Source of the DNA: Fidelibacterota bacterium
Lineage (GTDB): Bacteria; Fidelibacterota; UBA2242; JAOZSR01
Direction: 5' to 3'
NCBI GenBank assembly: GCA_029939575.1
Contig: JAOZSR010000003.1
Coordinates: 8,981 to 72,980, forward strand
Length of the DNA stretch: 64,000 nucleotides
Shown here: positions 31,088-41,692 of the stretch, one piece after another
Layout of the letters: each line of letters starts with the position of its first letter
Position numbering within the stretch: the stretch's first letter is position 1
Position numbers and translations under genes: made by a program
Notes under the pieces: model-generated
What the model saw: the letters and a program-made list of their open reading frames with translations, nothing else
The model's database searches: none
What the model was told of the DNA's origin: nothing

Positions 31088-31107
31088 TCAAAAAATCAAA
31101 GATACTT

Positions 31108-31138
31108 AAAAGCCCGGCATTGTTCGGGCTTTTTTTCG
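31108..31138. terminator. Bidirectional Rho-independent terminator between convergent genes (cargo gene + / recN -)
   Basis: aaAAGCCCGgcattgttCGGGCTTTTTTTcg. GC stem flanked by an A-run upstream and a T-run downstream. Confidence 0.6.
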
Positions 31139-31195
31139 TCTTATTTTCCTAATGACATAACTTTATGAATAATAGAACTTCGGGTTTATAAAATC

Positions 31196-32896
31196 CTAAT
31201 TCATCAATTCTTTTGCTTGCTGAAGACCGGAGTCTGTAATATGTTTACCACCGATAAGTTTGGCAATTTCTCTAAGTCTCTCATGATTATTTAATCTTAC
31301 CATTTTAGTAAAACTAAAATTATTCCTAGTTTCTTTAATAACACATAAATGATCATTCCCAAGACTTGCGATTTGGGGTAGATGGGTGATGCAGAGAATT
31401 TGGTGAGCAGTTGATAATTTTTCAATTTCTTCGCCAACGATTCTGGCAATCGGGCCGGAGATTCCAGTGTCAATTTCATCAAATATCAATACCGGTATTT
31501 GATCTTTTTCGGCTAAAATAGATTTTAAGGCCAACATTATGCGTGAAACCTCTCCGCCTGAAACAATATCTATCAGAGGTCGCATAGGTTCACCGGGATT
31601 TGTACAAATTTTAAATCTGATCTTATCAAATCCAAATGCATCAGCGTCAAATCTTTCATTTTCAATTATAGCCCAGCCTTTATTATCTTTTTTCCTTTGT
31701 ATATCAACGTAAAAGTCACCGTCTTTGATTCCAAGTCTTTCCAGGATAGTAACTATATGTTTACTCATGATTTTTGCCTGATCAGTTCGTTTGGCAGATA
31801 GTTTTAAACAGGCCTTACTATATTTTATTTCAGTATCTTTAATTATTTTTTCCAGGTTAATTATCTCAGATTCCAAATTTTCATCAGTGCTAAGTTTTGC
31901 TTTAATATCTTTTTGATAATTTAATACATCACTAAGTGACGGCCCGTATTTTTTCATTAATTGTTGGAGAGTAAAAATGCGCTGATTAATATTTTCTAAT
32001 TGTTCCGGTTCGAAATCAACATTATTTGCAAAATCGGTAACTTCATTTGATAATTCCTGGAAAAGAAACCTTGAGCCTTCCAGGCGTTCTAAATATTCAT
32101 CGAAAATTGGTTTAATCCTATTTAGTTCGATAAGATTTTTGATTACTCCCTGAATGTTATTATAAAATGTATTATCTCCATCATATAGAGCTTCGTTCAA
32201 TAAAGATGATAATTGGTGTATTTTTTCCCCGTTTTCAAGAATCTTTTTTTCACCCAACAATTCATCATATTCATTTTCCACAGGAGATACATCCTGAATT
32301 TCTTTATATTGGAAATGCCACAATTCTTTTTTTTCTTTTCCCATTTTGTGCTTTTGTATAATCAGGTTTAGTTGTTCTTTTTGAAGTTTGAGAGTATGCC
32401 ATAATTTTTCAACTTCTTCCAGGTTTGTTGAATAATTACCGGTAGAGTCTAAAAAGCCAAGATGATTTTCTTCGTTTAATAATGATTGGTGGTCATGCTG
32501 TCCATGTAAATCAACTAGAAAAGCACCAACTTGTTTAAGCATTGAAACAGAACATTGATGGTTATTTATCCATGCTTTTGATCTGCCATTTGCAGAAATT
32601 TTTCGTTTTAGCACCAATTGGTTATCAAAATTTAGGAAGTTATTTTCATCCAATAGTTTATACAAAGAATTAATTTTATTTTTTCCGGCAAAGCAACATT
32701 CTATTATCGCTTCTTCGCATCCGGTTCGTATCATTGATGAAGAAGCTTTTTCACCAAATGCAAGGTTTAACGCACCAATGATAATCGATTTACCTGCCCC
32801 GGTTTCACCGGTAATAACACTTAAACCTGGCTGGAAATTGATATCTAATTTATCAATAATTGCGAAATTTGTAATTATTAACTTTTTAAGATTCAT
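31196..32896 (-). CDS. recN: DNA repair protein RecN
   Basis: N-terminal Walker A (ITGETGAGKSIIIGAL). Long coiled coil. C-terminal signature/Walker B (ILDEIDTGISG). Confidence 0.85.
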   Translation of the reverse strand: MNLKKLIITNFAIIDKLDINFQPGLSVITGETGAGKSIIIGALNLAFGEKASSSMIRTGCEEAIIECCFAGKNKINSLYKLLDENNFLNFDNQLVLKRKISANGRSKAWINNHQCSVSMLKQVGAFLVDLHGQHDHQSLLNEENHLGFLDSTGNYSTNLEEVEKLWHTLKLQKEQLNLIIQKHKMGKEKKELWHFQYKEIQDVSPVENEYDELLGEKKILENGEKIHQLSSLLNEALYDGDNTFYNNIQGVIKNLIELNRIKPIFDEYLERLEGSRFLFQELSNEVTDFANNVDFEPEQLENINQRIFTLQQLMKKYGPSLSDVLNYQKDIKAKLSTDENLESEIINLEKIIKDTEIKYSKACLKLSAKRTDQAKIMSKHIVTILERLGIKDGDFYVDIQRKKDNKGWAIIENERFDADAFGFDKIRFKICTNPGEPMRPLIDIVSGGEVSRIMLALKSILAEKDQIPVLIFDEIDTGISGPIARIVGEEIEKLSTAHQILCITHLPQIASLGNDHLCVIKETRNNFSFTKMVRLNNHERLREIAKLIGGKHITDSGLQQAKELMN

Positions 32897-32931
32897 TCTA
32901 AAATAATAATCCTTACTTAGTCATTTGTTTC

Positions 32932-33318
32932 TTAGGAAATTTTCAAGATTTTTTGAATAACAGATTTGGTTTTTAAAAAAAAATAGACTCCGCATGCTGT
33001 CCCAATACTATCTGCTATCCAATCATATATTGAGCTATTTCTATTAGATACGAATGATTGGTGGATCTCGTCAAGCCCACCATATAGAATACCTAAAACA
33101 ATACAGGTGAATATAATGTATTTATGAGTTTTTTGAGACGAATTGGAATGAAATGCTAAAATTAACAGAAACCCAAGTACTCCATATTCAAAAATATGGA
33201 TTATTTTATCAAAATTCCAAATTTCGATATCAGGTAAATCATTTAATGGCAATGATGATATTTTAAATATTAATCCGGCATATAACACTACCGGAAGAAA
33301 AAAGTAATATTTTTTCAT
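32932..33318 (-). CDS. VanZ-like small membrane protein
   Basis: 128 aa with four TM helices and the DKxxH...LDEIHQSF motif. Confidence 0.5.
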   Translation of the reverse strand: MKKYYFFLPVVLYAGLIFKISSLPLNDLPDIEIWNFDKIIHIFEYGVLGFLLILAFHSNSSQKTHKYIIFTCIVLGILYGGLDEIHQSFVSNRNSSIYDWIADSIGTACGVYFFLKTKSVIQKILKIS

Positions 33319-34877
33319 TTATTTGATTGTTCTATTTTTTTTAGAGTTAGGGAAATATTTGATAACAAGTCGCTTGCAATCAGACCTCGCATACCCCGAT
33401 CTTGTTTACTGAGATCACCGGCATAACCATGAATAGATACTCCGGCAACCGCTGAATGATAAGAAGAAATACCCTGTGCTCTGAAAGCTGCAATCATTCC
33501 AGTCAGTACATCACCTGTGCCTCCTGTCGCCATTCCCGGATTACCCGTTGGATTTATGGCAATAGTTCCATCTTTATGAACAATGATTGTACGGTAGCTT
33601 TTTAGAACTAAAGTACAGGAATATTTTTTAACAAATTCACGGGCAACATCAATTTTATTATTCATACAGTCGCTTACATTTTGATTTGTCATCCTGGCAA
33701 ATTCACCTATATGAGGAGTTAATATCAGATCATCAATATTATTAATTAAATCCAAATTATTATGAAAAATTTTTAATCCGTCAGCATCTACGATAATTGG
33801 TTTACTGGTGTTTTTTAATAATTCGATTCCAAAATTTTTAACCTCAGGATCTCCGGAAACGCCAGGCCCAAATACGACTACATCGGACCATTCAAGGCGC
33901 TCTTTTGCTGCTTCCAAAGATTTGAGACAAAAGGTTCGGTTTTTGGATTCCGGTAACGGCAGCGTCATTGCTTCAGTCAATTTGATTTCCATAATAGTAT
34001 TCAGACTTTCAGGAATTGCTGCCACAACTAAACCTGCACCGCTACGTAAAGCACCCAATGCTGATAAGGTAGCCGCTCCGGTCATGCCGACTGATCCGGC
34101 GAAAATTAAGATTTTTCCCATTTGATGTTTATAAGTATCTTCGTGTATTTCCCGGAAAATGTTTTTGACGTAATCTTTTCTTAACCAATAAGTTTCATTA
34201 TCTAAAATTTCAAATGATTCCTTGGGATAATCTAAATCAACCAGTGCGATATTTCCTGCATATTGGTGCCCCGGATGATATAAAAGCCCACGCTTGAGAA
34301 AACCCATTGTGACTGTTTTTTGGGCTTTAACTGCTACGCCCCCAATCATGCCAGTGTCACCATCTATACCCGACGGGATATCTATTGAAATTACCGGACA
34401 GTCGGTTGAATTGATTTTTTTTATGGCTTTTGCAATTATCCCTTTTACAACACCTTTAAAACCGGTTCCTAAAAGTCCGTCAATAATTAAATCCGGACAA
34501 AAATTCTCAGGAATATTATCTATCATTTTTTCATCTTCCAAAAACTCTATATTTACATGGAGATCCATGCATCGGTTATAAAAATAAAGGGCATCACCTT
34601 TAATTTTTTCCTCTTTTCCACATATCCATAGAAATACATTCGCTCCCCAATCGTACAAAAATGAGGCTGCTACAAATCCATCGCCGCCATTATTACCGGT
34701 TCCGCAAAAAATATCTATTCTGCTACCCGGAATATGTTTTAGGAGAAGTTTTGCCTTTAATGCAACATAATTACCGGCCTTATGCATTAATTCCTGCCCT
34801 GATATTTTTAATTCATCAATAGTATATCGATCAACTTGTCGGGCTTCATCATTTGATAATACAAATTCTTTCATCAT
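33315..34877 (-). CDS. nnr: Bifunctional NAD(P)H-hydrate repair enzyme Nnr (YjeF-N epimerase plus YjeF-C dehydratase)
   Basis: IDIFCGTGNNGGDGFV (YjeF-N). GPGVSGDP...ILTPHIGEFARM...GTGDVLTGMIAAF (YjeF-C). Confidence 0.8.
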   Translation of the reverse strand: MMKEFVLSNDEARQVDRYTIDELKISGQELMHKAGNYVALKAKLLLKHIPGSRIDIFCGTGNNGGDGFVAASFLYDWGANVFLWICGKEEKIKGDALYFYNRCMDLHVNIEFLEDEKMIDNIPENFCPDLIIDGLLGTGFKGVVKGIIAKAIKKINSTDCPVISIDIPSGIDGDTGMIGGVAVKAQKTVTMGFLKRGLLYHPGHQYAGNIALVDLDYPKESFEILDNETYWLRKDYVKNIFREIHEDTYKHQMGKILIFAGSVGMTGAATLSALGALRSGAGLVVAAIPESLNTIMEIKLTEAMTLPLPESKNRTFCLKSLEAAKERLEWSDVVVFGPGVSGDPEVKNFGIELLKNTSKPIIVDADGLKIFHNNLDLINNIDDLILTPHIGEFARMTNQNVSDCMNNKIDVAREFVKKYSCTLVLKSYRTIIVHKDGTIAINPTGNPGMATGGTGDVLTGMIAAFRAQGISSYHSAVAGVSIHGYAGDLSKQDRGMRGLIASDLLSNISLTLKKIEQSNK

Positions 34878-35239
34878 TCCACCATTGCAATTGCTGTTGT
34901 TAATTTATCTGTCTTAGAGATTGAAATCTCTATTGTTGAGCCCATAAAATTAAAGGAGTACGATGATAAAACCTTAGCGGTTGATCGTCCATTTTTATTA
35001 TTTAATATTTCAATACAATTTATGGGAACTTTTATGTCTGGTCTGATTCCCGCTAAGGCTTTTTGAACTGCTATTTTTGCCGCTAATTTACCAGCATAAA
35101 ATTGCATAGGACTTGTTTTTTTCTGACAATATTTTAGTTCCAATGGTGTAAAATATTGTTTCAGAAACTCTTCACCAGATTTTTCATATTTTTCTTTTAT
35201 CTTATTAATTTCAATAAGTTCTATACCTATTTTAGTCAT
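34874..35239 (-). CDS. acpS: Holo-[acyl-carrier-protein] synthase
   Basis: 121 aa. IGIELIEINKI...FTPLELKYC...ISISKTDKLTTAIAMVE. Overlaps the nnr start by 4 nt. Confidence 0.75.
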   Translation of the reverse strand: MTKIGIELIEINKIKEKYEKSGEEFLKQYFTPLELKYCQKKTSPMQFYAGKLAAKIAVQKALAGIRPDIKVPINCIEILNNKNGRSTAKVLSSYSFNFMGSTIEISISKTDKLTTAIAMVE

Positions 35240-35376
35240 AATACCCTCATATATATTTTAATTAATCCATATCAAAATAGATAGTTTTTTTTTAGAAAGC
35301 AAATATCAAATTGAAATAATAAAAAAAAGGTGAAATTTTTACAAATTTCACCTTTTAAAAATATGAGAAAATAATT

Positions 35377-36669
35377 TTATTTGATAGTACTTAATTCATA
35401 CTCTGCGATTTTTTTCCATCTTGGATCGTTGGCTGCCATTTTAAAAGCATTTCTGGCTTCTTGTTTATTTCCAAGTCTTCTTTCTGCGGCACCAAGTTCG
35501 ATTAATGACGGTGCATATTTAGGTTTATATTTAAGGGAATTTTTGGCTGCAGTTTTAGCTAGTTCAGCCTTTCCTAATTTATTATAGGCTAAAGCAATTC
35601 TATACCAACATTTGTAATTTGAAGCTTTAACTGCAACACTCTTATTCAGGTATTTTATTGCATTTTCGTAGTCTTTTTTCTCAATATAAATAGCCCCAAG
35701 ATTCTCAAGTGCTTTTTCACTTTTTGGTTTGATTTTGGTCACCTTGAGATATGCAGGAATCGCTTCATCATATTGTTTAGTCTTATAATACAGAAGTCCA
35801 ATATTATTCCAGGCATCGTAATATTTATCATCAAGAAAAACTGCTTTTTTAAAACTGGCTAAAGCATCGTCTGTTTTATTTAATTTCATTAAAGATTTTC
35901 CTTTAGTCAGGAATGCCTTTTTATATTTTCCATTAAATTTGATTGAAATATCAAATTCTTTGATAGCATCGGAATATTTTTTGTTATAATAATACACCAG
36001 ACCAACGAAATAATGAGCAAGATAACTTTCCGGATCAAGTAATATAGCCTGTTGAAATTTTTCCAGAGCCCCATCAAAATTATGTCTCTTCATTAGGTTG
36101 TTGCCTTCAAACATCATTTGTGTAAAAAGCCTGTCATAGGTTTCCTGGTATTTTGGTTCATCGGGATTCAGTTCTATAGATTTTTGGAAATATTTTGCAG
36201 CGTTTTTTAATTCACTAAGTTGAGCACACACCTTGCCCAATAAAAAATATCCCTGGGCATAATTTGGATTCTCTTTTGTCATTTCCAATAAAATTTCTTT
36301 GGCTTCTTGAAATTTATGACCGTCAATAAAACGTAAGGCTTCACTTCTTTTGCTAACAAAATTTGACATTTCATTTCTAATTTCTCTGTAATTAGCGTTA
36401 GCTTTATCCAATTGAATCGCCTTATCAATATATTCTCTGGCTTTATCCAAATTTCCAAGTTTAAAGTAAATACGGCTTAGTAGAAAAATAACATTAATAT
36501 CTCCACTATTTAATTCCTCAGCAATTTTGCAAAATTCCAAAGCGTCTTTATATTTGCCATTGTCAAAATTGTTTTGTGCATCTTGTAATTCATCAGCAAA
36601 TAGTCCAACGCATAATACAACTATTATCAGAAAAACACTAATAATTCTTAAAAAGGATAGTTTCAGCAT
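35377..36669 (-). CDS. TPR-repeat protein with an N-terminal signal/TM segment
   Basis: About ten consecutive TPR units (AxxYxxLGxxY patterns). Confidence 0.7.
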   Translation of the reverse strand: MLKLSFLRIISVFLIIVVLCVGLFADELQDAQNNFDNGKYKDALEFCKIAEELNSGDINVIFLLSRIYFKLGNLDKAREYIDKAIQLDKANANYREIRNEMSNFVSKRSEALRFIDGHKFQEAKEILLEMTKENPNYAQGYFLLGKVCAQLSELKNAAKYFQKSIELNPDEPKYQETYDRLFTQMMFEGNNLMKRHNFDGALEKFQQAILLDPESYLAHYFVGLVYYYNKKYSDAIKEFDISIKFNGKYKKAFLTKGKSLMKLNKTDDALASFKKAVFLDDKYYDAWNNIGLLYYKTKQYDEAIPAYLKVTKIKPKSEKALENLGAIYIEKKDYENAIKYLNKSVAVKASNYKCWYRIALAYNKLGKAELAKTAAKNSLKYKPKYAPSLIELGAAERRLGNKQEARNAFKMAANDPRWKKIAEYELSTIK

Positions 36670-36710
36670 CTCTAAAGACCTCCATAGTTACAATCTATTA
36701 TTTGTCACAG

Positions 36711-36794
36711 TGCCGAAGACGGGAGTCGAACCCGTACAGGCAATAGCCCACATGGCCCTCAACCATGCGTGTCTACCAATTCCACCACCTCGGC
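36711..36794 (-). tRNA. tRNA-Leu (anticodon GAG), type II, CCA not encoded
   Basis: GCCGAGGTGGTGGAATTGGTAGACACGCATGGTTGAGGGCCATGTGGGCTATTGCCTGTACGGGTTCGACTCCCGTCTTCGGCA. The 7-bp acceptor stem, 3-bp D stem, long variable arm, T-arm GGTTCGACTCC and anticodon loop TTGAGGG all fold correctly. Confidence 0.8.
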
Positions 36795-36820
36795 GATATA
36801 AAAAACCAAAATCAAAAATA

Positions 36821-37165
36821 TTATTCAGCTGGTTTGGGTTCTATTGGTGTACTTTCCATTGATCCCTGTGGAACCGGAAGTTCTGCAGCAGGGGCGATCC
36901 TCTTGTTAGCCTGCTGTTTAATAATACTTGTTGATTCTCCCTTTGGAGTAGATACAATACTTATTAAGATTGCAAGAACGATAAAAGCTGTTGCAAAACT
37001 TGATGTGATTTTTGATAAGAATGTAGCTGCTCCACGTCCTCCAAATAATGCAGCGCCCTCTCCACCAAAAGTACCGGAAAGCCCTCCTTTACTTGACTGC
37101 ATTAATATCGAGAGAACTAAAATTATTGATACTATTATATGTAAAATAATTAAAAAAGTATACAC
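36821..37165 (-). CDS. secG: Preprotein translocase subunit SecG
   Basis: MYTFLIILHIIVSIILVLSILMQSSKGGLSGTFGG. Confidence 0.8.
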   Translation of the reverse strand: MYTFLIILHIIVSIILVLSILMQSSKGGLSGTFGGEGAALFGGRGAATFLSKITSSFATAFIVLAILISIVSTPKGESTSIIKQQANKRIAPAAELPVPQGSMESTPIEPKPAE

Positions 37166-37180
37166 ATTTTCTCCTAAATT

Positions 37181-37942
37181 CTATTTGTTTTCAACTATTT
37201 GTATTATTTCTGTAAAACTTTCTACTTTCAGACTGGCTCCACCAACCAGGAATCCATCTATATGCTTTGTGTTGATTAATTCCTCTGCATTGTTTGCCTT
37301 TACACTTCCACCATATAGAATCGGCATATTATTGGCAATGTTTTCATTATATTGCTGTTTTACCAGGTTCCTAATAAGGCTATGAGCTTCAGAAGCCTGT
37401 TCCGGTGTAGCTGTTAGTCCTGTACCAATTGCCCAAACTGGTTCATATGCAATAATACATTTACTTGTTTGTTCTTCAGTAAGACCTGCAAATGCTGCAT
37501 TGTATTGGTTTTCAATTACCTGGGAAGTTTTTTCTGCTTTCCGTTCTTCAATTTTTTCACCAACACAAATAATTGGTTTCAACCCAATTGCCAGTGCTTC
37601 GTCAATTTTCTTTTTTATTGTTTTGTCGCTTTCATTAAATACATGACGTCTTTCAGAATGTCCCAAAATTACAAGTTCACAATTCGATGATTTTAACATA
37701 CTTCCTGAAATTTCACCTGTAAAAGCGCCGGATTTTTCAAAATGCATATTCTGAGCGCCTAAAGCAACCGGACCGGTTTTTAAAAGTTCACTAATGTAAA
37801 ATAACGACGTATAAGGCGGGCATAATATAACTTCGGTTTGTTTGATATTCAACAAGTTTTTCACTAAAGTGTCAGTAAATTCAAAAGACTCTTTAATATC
37901 TTTATTCATCTTCCAGTTTGCTGCTACTATTTTGCGCATCAT
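37181..37942 (-). CDS. tpiA: Triosephosphate isomerase
   Basis: IVAANWKMN, AYEPVWAIGTG, GGASLK. Confidence 0.85.
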   Translation of the reverse strand: MMRKIVAANWKMNKDIKESFEFTDTLVKNLLNIKQTEVILCPPYTSLFYISELLKTGPVALGAQNMHFEKSGAFTGEISGSMLKSSNCELVILGHSERRHVFNESDKTIKKKIDEALAIGLKPIICVGEKIEERKAEKTSQVIENQYNAAFAGLTEEQTSKCIIAYEPVWAIGTGLTATPEQASEAHSLIRNLVKQQYNENIANNMPILYGGSVKANNAEELINTKHIDGFLVGGASLKVESFTEIIQIVENK

Positions 37943-37949
37943 ATTTTCC

Positions 37950-39146
37950 TTATTTTTTAGAAATTAAATTAATCGGTATTAATTCCAGACCACCTAACAA
38001 TTCAAGTGAGGCTCCTCCACCTGTTGAGACGTGGGTAACTTCTTTTGATAACCCGAATTTTTTAATAGCCGCTGCTGAGTCTCCTCCACCAATTACAGTT
38101 ACAGTGCCTTTTTTTGTAACTTCGGCTAACTTGCGGGCTATTGATTCTGTTCCGGTTGCAAATTCGGCTATTTCAAATATACCCATCGGACCATTCCATA
38201 AAATGGTTTTGCTATTTTCTATTATTTGGTTAAAAAGCATTGTTGTTTCCGGGCCTACGTCAACTCCAATTTTGTCTTTTGGCATATCTTTCATACTGGA
38301 TATTACTGATTCGGCTCCTTCTTTAATCTCACTTACTGCCAATACATCTACAGGTAATAATAAATTACATCCTTTTTCTTTAGCAGCTTTTATAATGTCT
38401 TTAGCTAATTGAATTTTATCTTCTTCCAGCAGTGATTTCCCAATATTGAACCCTTGAGCTTTTAAAAAAGTAAAACTCATAGCACCACCAATAATCAGAT
38501 TATCAACTTTTCCTAAAAGTTTTTCAATAATTTCAATTTTGCCGGAAACTTTTGCACCACCAAGAATTGCAGTATAAGGTCTTTTTGGATTATCCAGGTA
38601 ATCACCAAGAAAATGTAATTCTTTTTCTAATAAATAACCACTGGCTCGTTGCTCGAAAAGTTCTGCCACTCCAGCCATAGAAGCATGGGCTCTGTGGCTT
38701 GTTCCAAAGGCATCATTAACATAAAAATCTGCTAAAGCGGCAATTTGAGCAGAAAATTTAGGATCGTTTTTCTTTTCCTCTTTATGATAACGTAAATTTT
38801 CCAACAGGAGTACTTCACCACTTTTCAGGTTGTTGGCCATTGATACAACTTCTTCACCAATTGAATCTGGAGCAAAAAGGACGTTATTGTCTAATAATTC
38901 ATTTAATCTGTCAGCTACGGGTTTAAGACTGAATTCTGGTTTTTTCTCGCCTTTTGGTCTTCCTAAATGGGACATAAGGATTAGTTTGGCACCTTCAGAA
39001 AGCATTTTTTTAATTGTTGGTAAAGCGGCCTGAATTCTAAAGTCATCGGTAATATTTTGATTTTTATCCAAAGGAACATTAAAATCAACCCTAATTAAAA
39101 CAGTTTTATTGGTTACATTTAAATCATCAATTGTTAATCTTGCCAT
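37950..39146 (-). CDS. pgk: Phosphoglycerate kinase
   Basis: RVDFNVPL, LMSHLGRPKG, GGGASLELL. Confidence 0.9.
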   Translation of the reverse strand: MARLTIDDLNVTNKTVLIRVDFNVPLDKNQNITDDFRIQAALPTIKKMLSEGAKLILMSHLGRPKGEKKPEFSLKPVADRLNELLDNNVLFAPDSIGEEVVSMANNLKSGEVLLLENLRYHKEEKKNDPKFSAQIAALADFYVNDAFGTSHRAHASMAGVAELFEQRASGYLLEKELHFLGDYLDNPKRPYTAILGGAKVSGKIEIIEKLLGKVDNLIIGGAMSFTFLKAQGFNIGKSLLEEDKIQLAKDIIKAAKEKGCNLLLPVDVLAVSEIKEGAESVISSMKDMPKDKIGVDVGPETTMLFNQIIENSKTILWNGPMGIFEIAEFATGTESIARKLAEVTKKGTVTVIGGGDSAAAIKKFGLSKEVTHVSTGGGASLELLGGLELIPINLISKK

Positions 39147-39355
39147 TGTGCACCTTCTTTTTTTTAATTAAAAATACAACTCTAATTTTAAATTGTTTTT
39201 TATAATTTATCAAGAAAAATAAATTTCAAATTATAATTCTTCATTGGTTTGGAAGTAAATATTTGGACCGTTTTTAAAATTATTCTCAATACTTTTTGCT
39301 GAATGACTCTTTGAACTTATACTTTTTTGTTTTCCTGCTTACCACATTAAAAAAA

Positions 39356-41533
39356 TTAAGATAGGTTTTTCATGCTTAACCCGATTCTCTCCTTTGCAGT
39401 ATCTACTGATAAAATTTTGACGTCTACAATATCTCCCACTGCTACAATTTCATTTGGATCTTTAATGTAGCGGTTTGCTATTTGGCTAATGTGAACCAAT
39501 CCATCATGCTTAACACCAATATCAACAAAGGCGCCAAAATCAACGACATTCCGAACAGTACCTTTTAATACCATTCCTTCTTTCAGGTCTTTCATGGAGA
39601 GCACATCATTTTTTAAAATTGGTTTAGGTAATTCATCCCTGGGATCGCGACCCGGTTTTTCCAAATCCGCCAGGATATCAATTAAAGTTGGTTCGCCTAT
39701 ATTTAGTTTTTTTGACAGTTCTCTGGTACTAATTTTTTCTAGAATCAGTTTCTGGCGTAACATTTTACCGCCGAGGTTAACATCATTTATTGAAAACATG
39801 TTCAATAAAGATGATGTTGCATCATAGGATTCGGGATGAATAGAGGTATTATCAAGCGGATTATCGCCATCGGGAATACGTAAAAATCCGGCAGCCTGTT
39901 CAAATGAGCTAAGACCAATTCCTGCTACTTTATTTATTTCTTTGCGGTTTTTGAAGATACCATTTTTTTCACGGTATTTGACAATGTTTTCAGCTGTGCG
40001 GCTTGTAAGTCCGGAGACAGCTGATAATAAGGAACTTGATGCTGTGTTAATATTTACACCAACTTTGTTAACACAATCTTCAATGACATTATGCAGAGAT
40101 TCATTTAGTTGTTTCTGATTTACATCATGTTGATATTGTCCAACTCCAATGCTTTTTGGCTCAATTTTGACAAGTTCGGCCAAAGGATCCAATAATCTCC
40201 TGGCAATGGATATATTTCCTCGCATACTGGCTTCGAGATCTGGAAATTCCTGTTTGGCTATTCGTGATGCGGAATAAACCGAAGCTCCGGCTTCATTAAC
40301 AATGATATAACTTAATTTATGTGTATCCTGCATATCTTTTATTAATTCTACAATCAATTTTTCTGTTTCCCGACTTGCAGTACCATTTCCGATTGCTATG
40401 GCACGGACATTATATTTAATGGCCATTTTACGAATGATTGATTTGGCCTGGTCAGCTCGTTTTTGAGGAGGATGTGGATATATAGTTGTTCCTTCAAGAT
40501 ATTTTCCGGTTTTATCAATTACTGCGATTTTACATCCGGAAATAAATCCGGGATCAATTCCCATGATTGTTGTGTTTTTAAGAGGTGGTTGCAAGAGTAA
40601 ATTTTTCAGGTTTGTTGCAAATACTTTAATTGCTTTTTCTTCGGCCTGGGCTGACAGATTTTTCCGGATTTCCCGTTCAATAGAAGGAGCGATTAATCTT
40701 TTATAGGAATCATCAATTCCGTTTTGTAGAATTTCAGAAAAAATTGAATTATAATTCCGAATGTAATAGTTATGAAGAAAGTTGAGCATTTTGTCCACAT
40801 CTACTTCAATTTTTACTTTTAGTTTACCTTCTTTTTCACCTCTGTTAATGGCCAGAATTCTATGAGAGGGTATTTTTTTAACAGGCTCTGAATAATCATT
40901 GTACATTTCATAAACAGTTTCCTCTTCAGATTTTGCTTTGCTCGTAATTAACCCGTAGTTTGATGTTTTTTCTCTAATAGTTTTTCGAATATCTGCATTT
41001 TCAGAAATATTTTCAGCAATTATATCTAAAGCCCCCTGAATGGCTTCTTCGGGAGTATTGACCTCTTTTTCCGGACTAACATATTTTTTTGCAAAATCTA
41101 AGGGATTTCCTGTTAAGGTCTCTTGTAGTAAAATCAAATTTGCTAACGGTTCCAGTCCTTTTTCTTTGGCAATTGTTGCCCTGGTTTTTTTCTTGGGTTT
41201 GTAGGGTAAATATAAATCTTCAAGTTCCTGTAACTTATGCGTAGATTCAATTCTGGATTTTAATTCAGGTGTTAGTTTGCCTTGCTCATCAATACTTTTC
41301 AGGATTGCTTCTTTGCGTTTTTCAAGATTGCGAAGATATTCAACCCGTTCCAATACATCGCGTATTTGTTCTTCATCCAGTCCGCCAGTGTTTTCTTTTC
41401 GGTATCTTGCTAAAAAGGGAACTGTATTTCCATCGTCCAGAAGATTTATTGTTTGTTTTACCTGTGATTCTTTTAATGATAATTCTTTGGAGACATTAAT
41501 AATAATTTGTTGTTCTTGCATTTTTAAATCCAT
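39356..41533 (-). CDS. tex: Tex-like transcription accessory protein (YqgF/RuvC-like, HhH and S1 domains)
   Basis: N-terminal FLARYRKENTGGLDEEQIR. C-terminal S1 domain (GMVLKGTVRNVVDFGAFVDIG). Confidence 0.8.
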   Translation of the reverse strand: MDLKMQEQQIIINVSKELSLKESQVKQTINLLDDGNTVPFLARYRKENTGGLDEEQIRDVLERVEYLRNLEKRKEAILKSIDEQGKLTPELKSRIESTHKLQELEDLYLPYKPKKKTRATIAKEKGLEPLANLILLQETLTGNPLDFAKKYVSPEKEVNTPEEAIQGALDIIAENISENADIRKTIREKTSNYGLITSKAKSEEETVYEMYNDYSEPVKKIPSHRILAINRGEKEGKLKVKIEVDVDKMLNFLHNYYIRNYNSIFSEILQNGIDDSYKRLIAPSIEREIRKNLSAQAEEKAIKVFATNLKNLLLQPPLKNTTIMGIDPGFISGCKIAVIDKTGKYLEGTTIYPHPPQKRADQAKSIIRKMAIKYNVRAIAIGNGTASRETEKLIVELIKDMQDTHKLSYIIVNEAGASVYSASRIAKQEFPDLEASMRGNISIARRLLDPLAELVKIEPKSIGVGQYQHDVNQKQLNESLHNVIEDCVNKVGVNINTASSSLLSAVSGLTSRTAENIVKYREKNGIFKNRKEINKVAGIGLSSFEQAAGFLRIPDGDNPLDNTSIHPESYDATSSLLNMFSINDVNLGGKMLRQKLILEKISTRELSKKLNIGEPTLIDILADLEKPGRDPRDELPKPILKNDVLSMKDLKEGMVLKGTVRNVVDFGAFVDIGVKHDGLVHISQIANRYIKDPNEIVAVGDIVDVKILSVDTAKERIGLSMKNLS

Positions 41534-41692
41534 TTGCTTTCTAATTATTTATCGATGAAAAATATTGCATGTTATGATTTATGATTGTGCTTGTATTGAA
41601 AAGTTATATCATGATATATAAATATCTTTGTTATCAGGAAGTATTATTTGGTAGAGAAAATTCAATTGAGTTATGAATTGAAAAATTCCTGC

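Noticed and set aside
36711-36794. tRNA-Leu as an integration site for a mobile element
   Set aside because: The flanks are core genes (TPR protein, secG-tpiA-pgk). I found no integrase or direct repeat of the tRNA 3' end nearby.
36527-37385. Track ORFs 36527..36862(+) and 36765..37385(+)
   Set aside because: They overlap the tRNA-Leu gene and run antisense to secG. They are low-complexity translations (polyA/P/L) with no start context, so I treat them as spurious.
37918-38412. 164-aa ORF on the + strand
   Set aside because: Antisense to the well-supported pgk gene. No motif.
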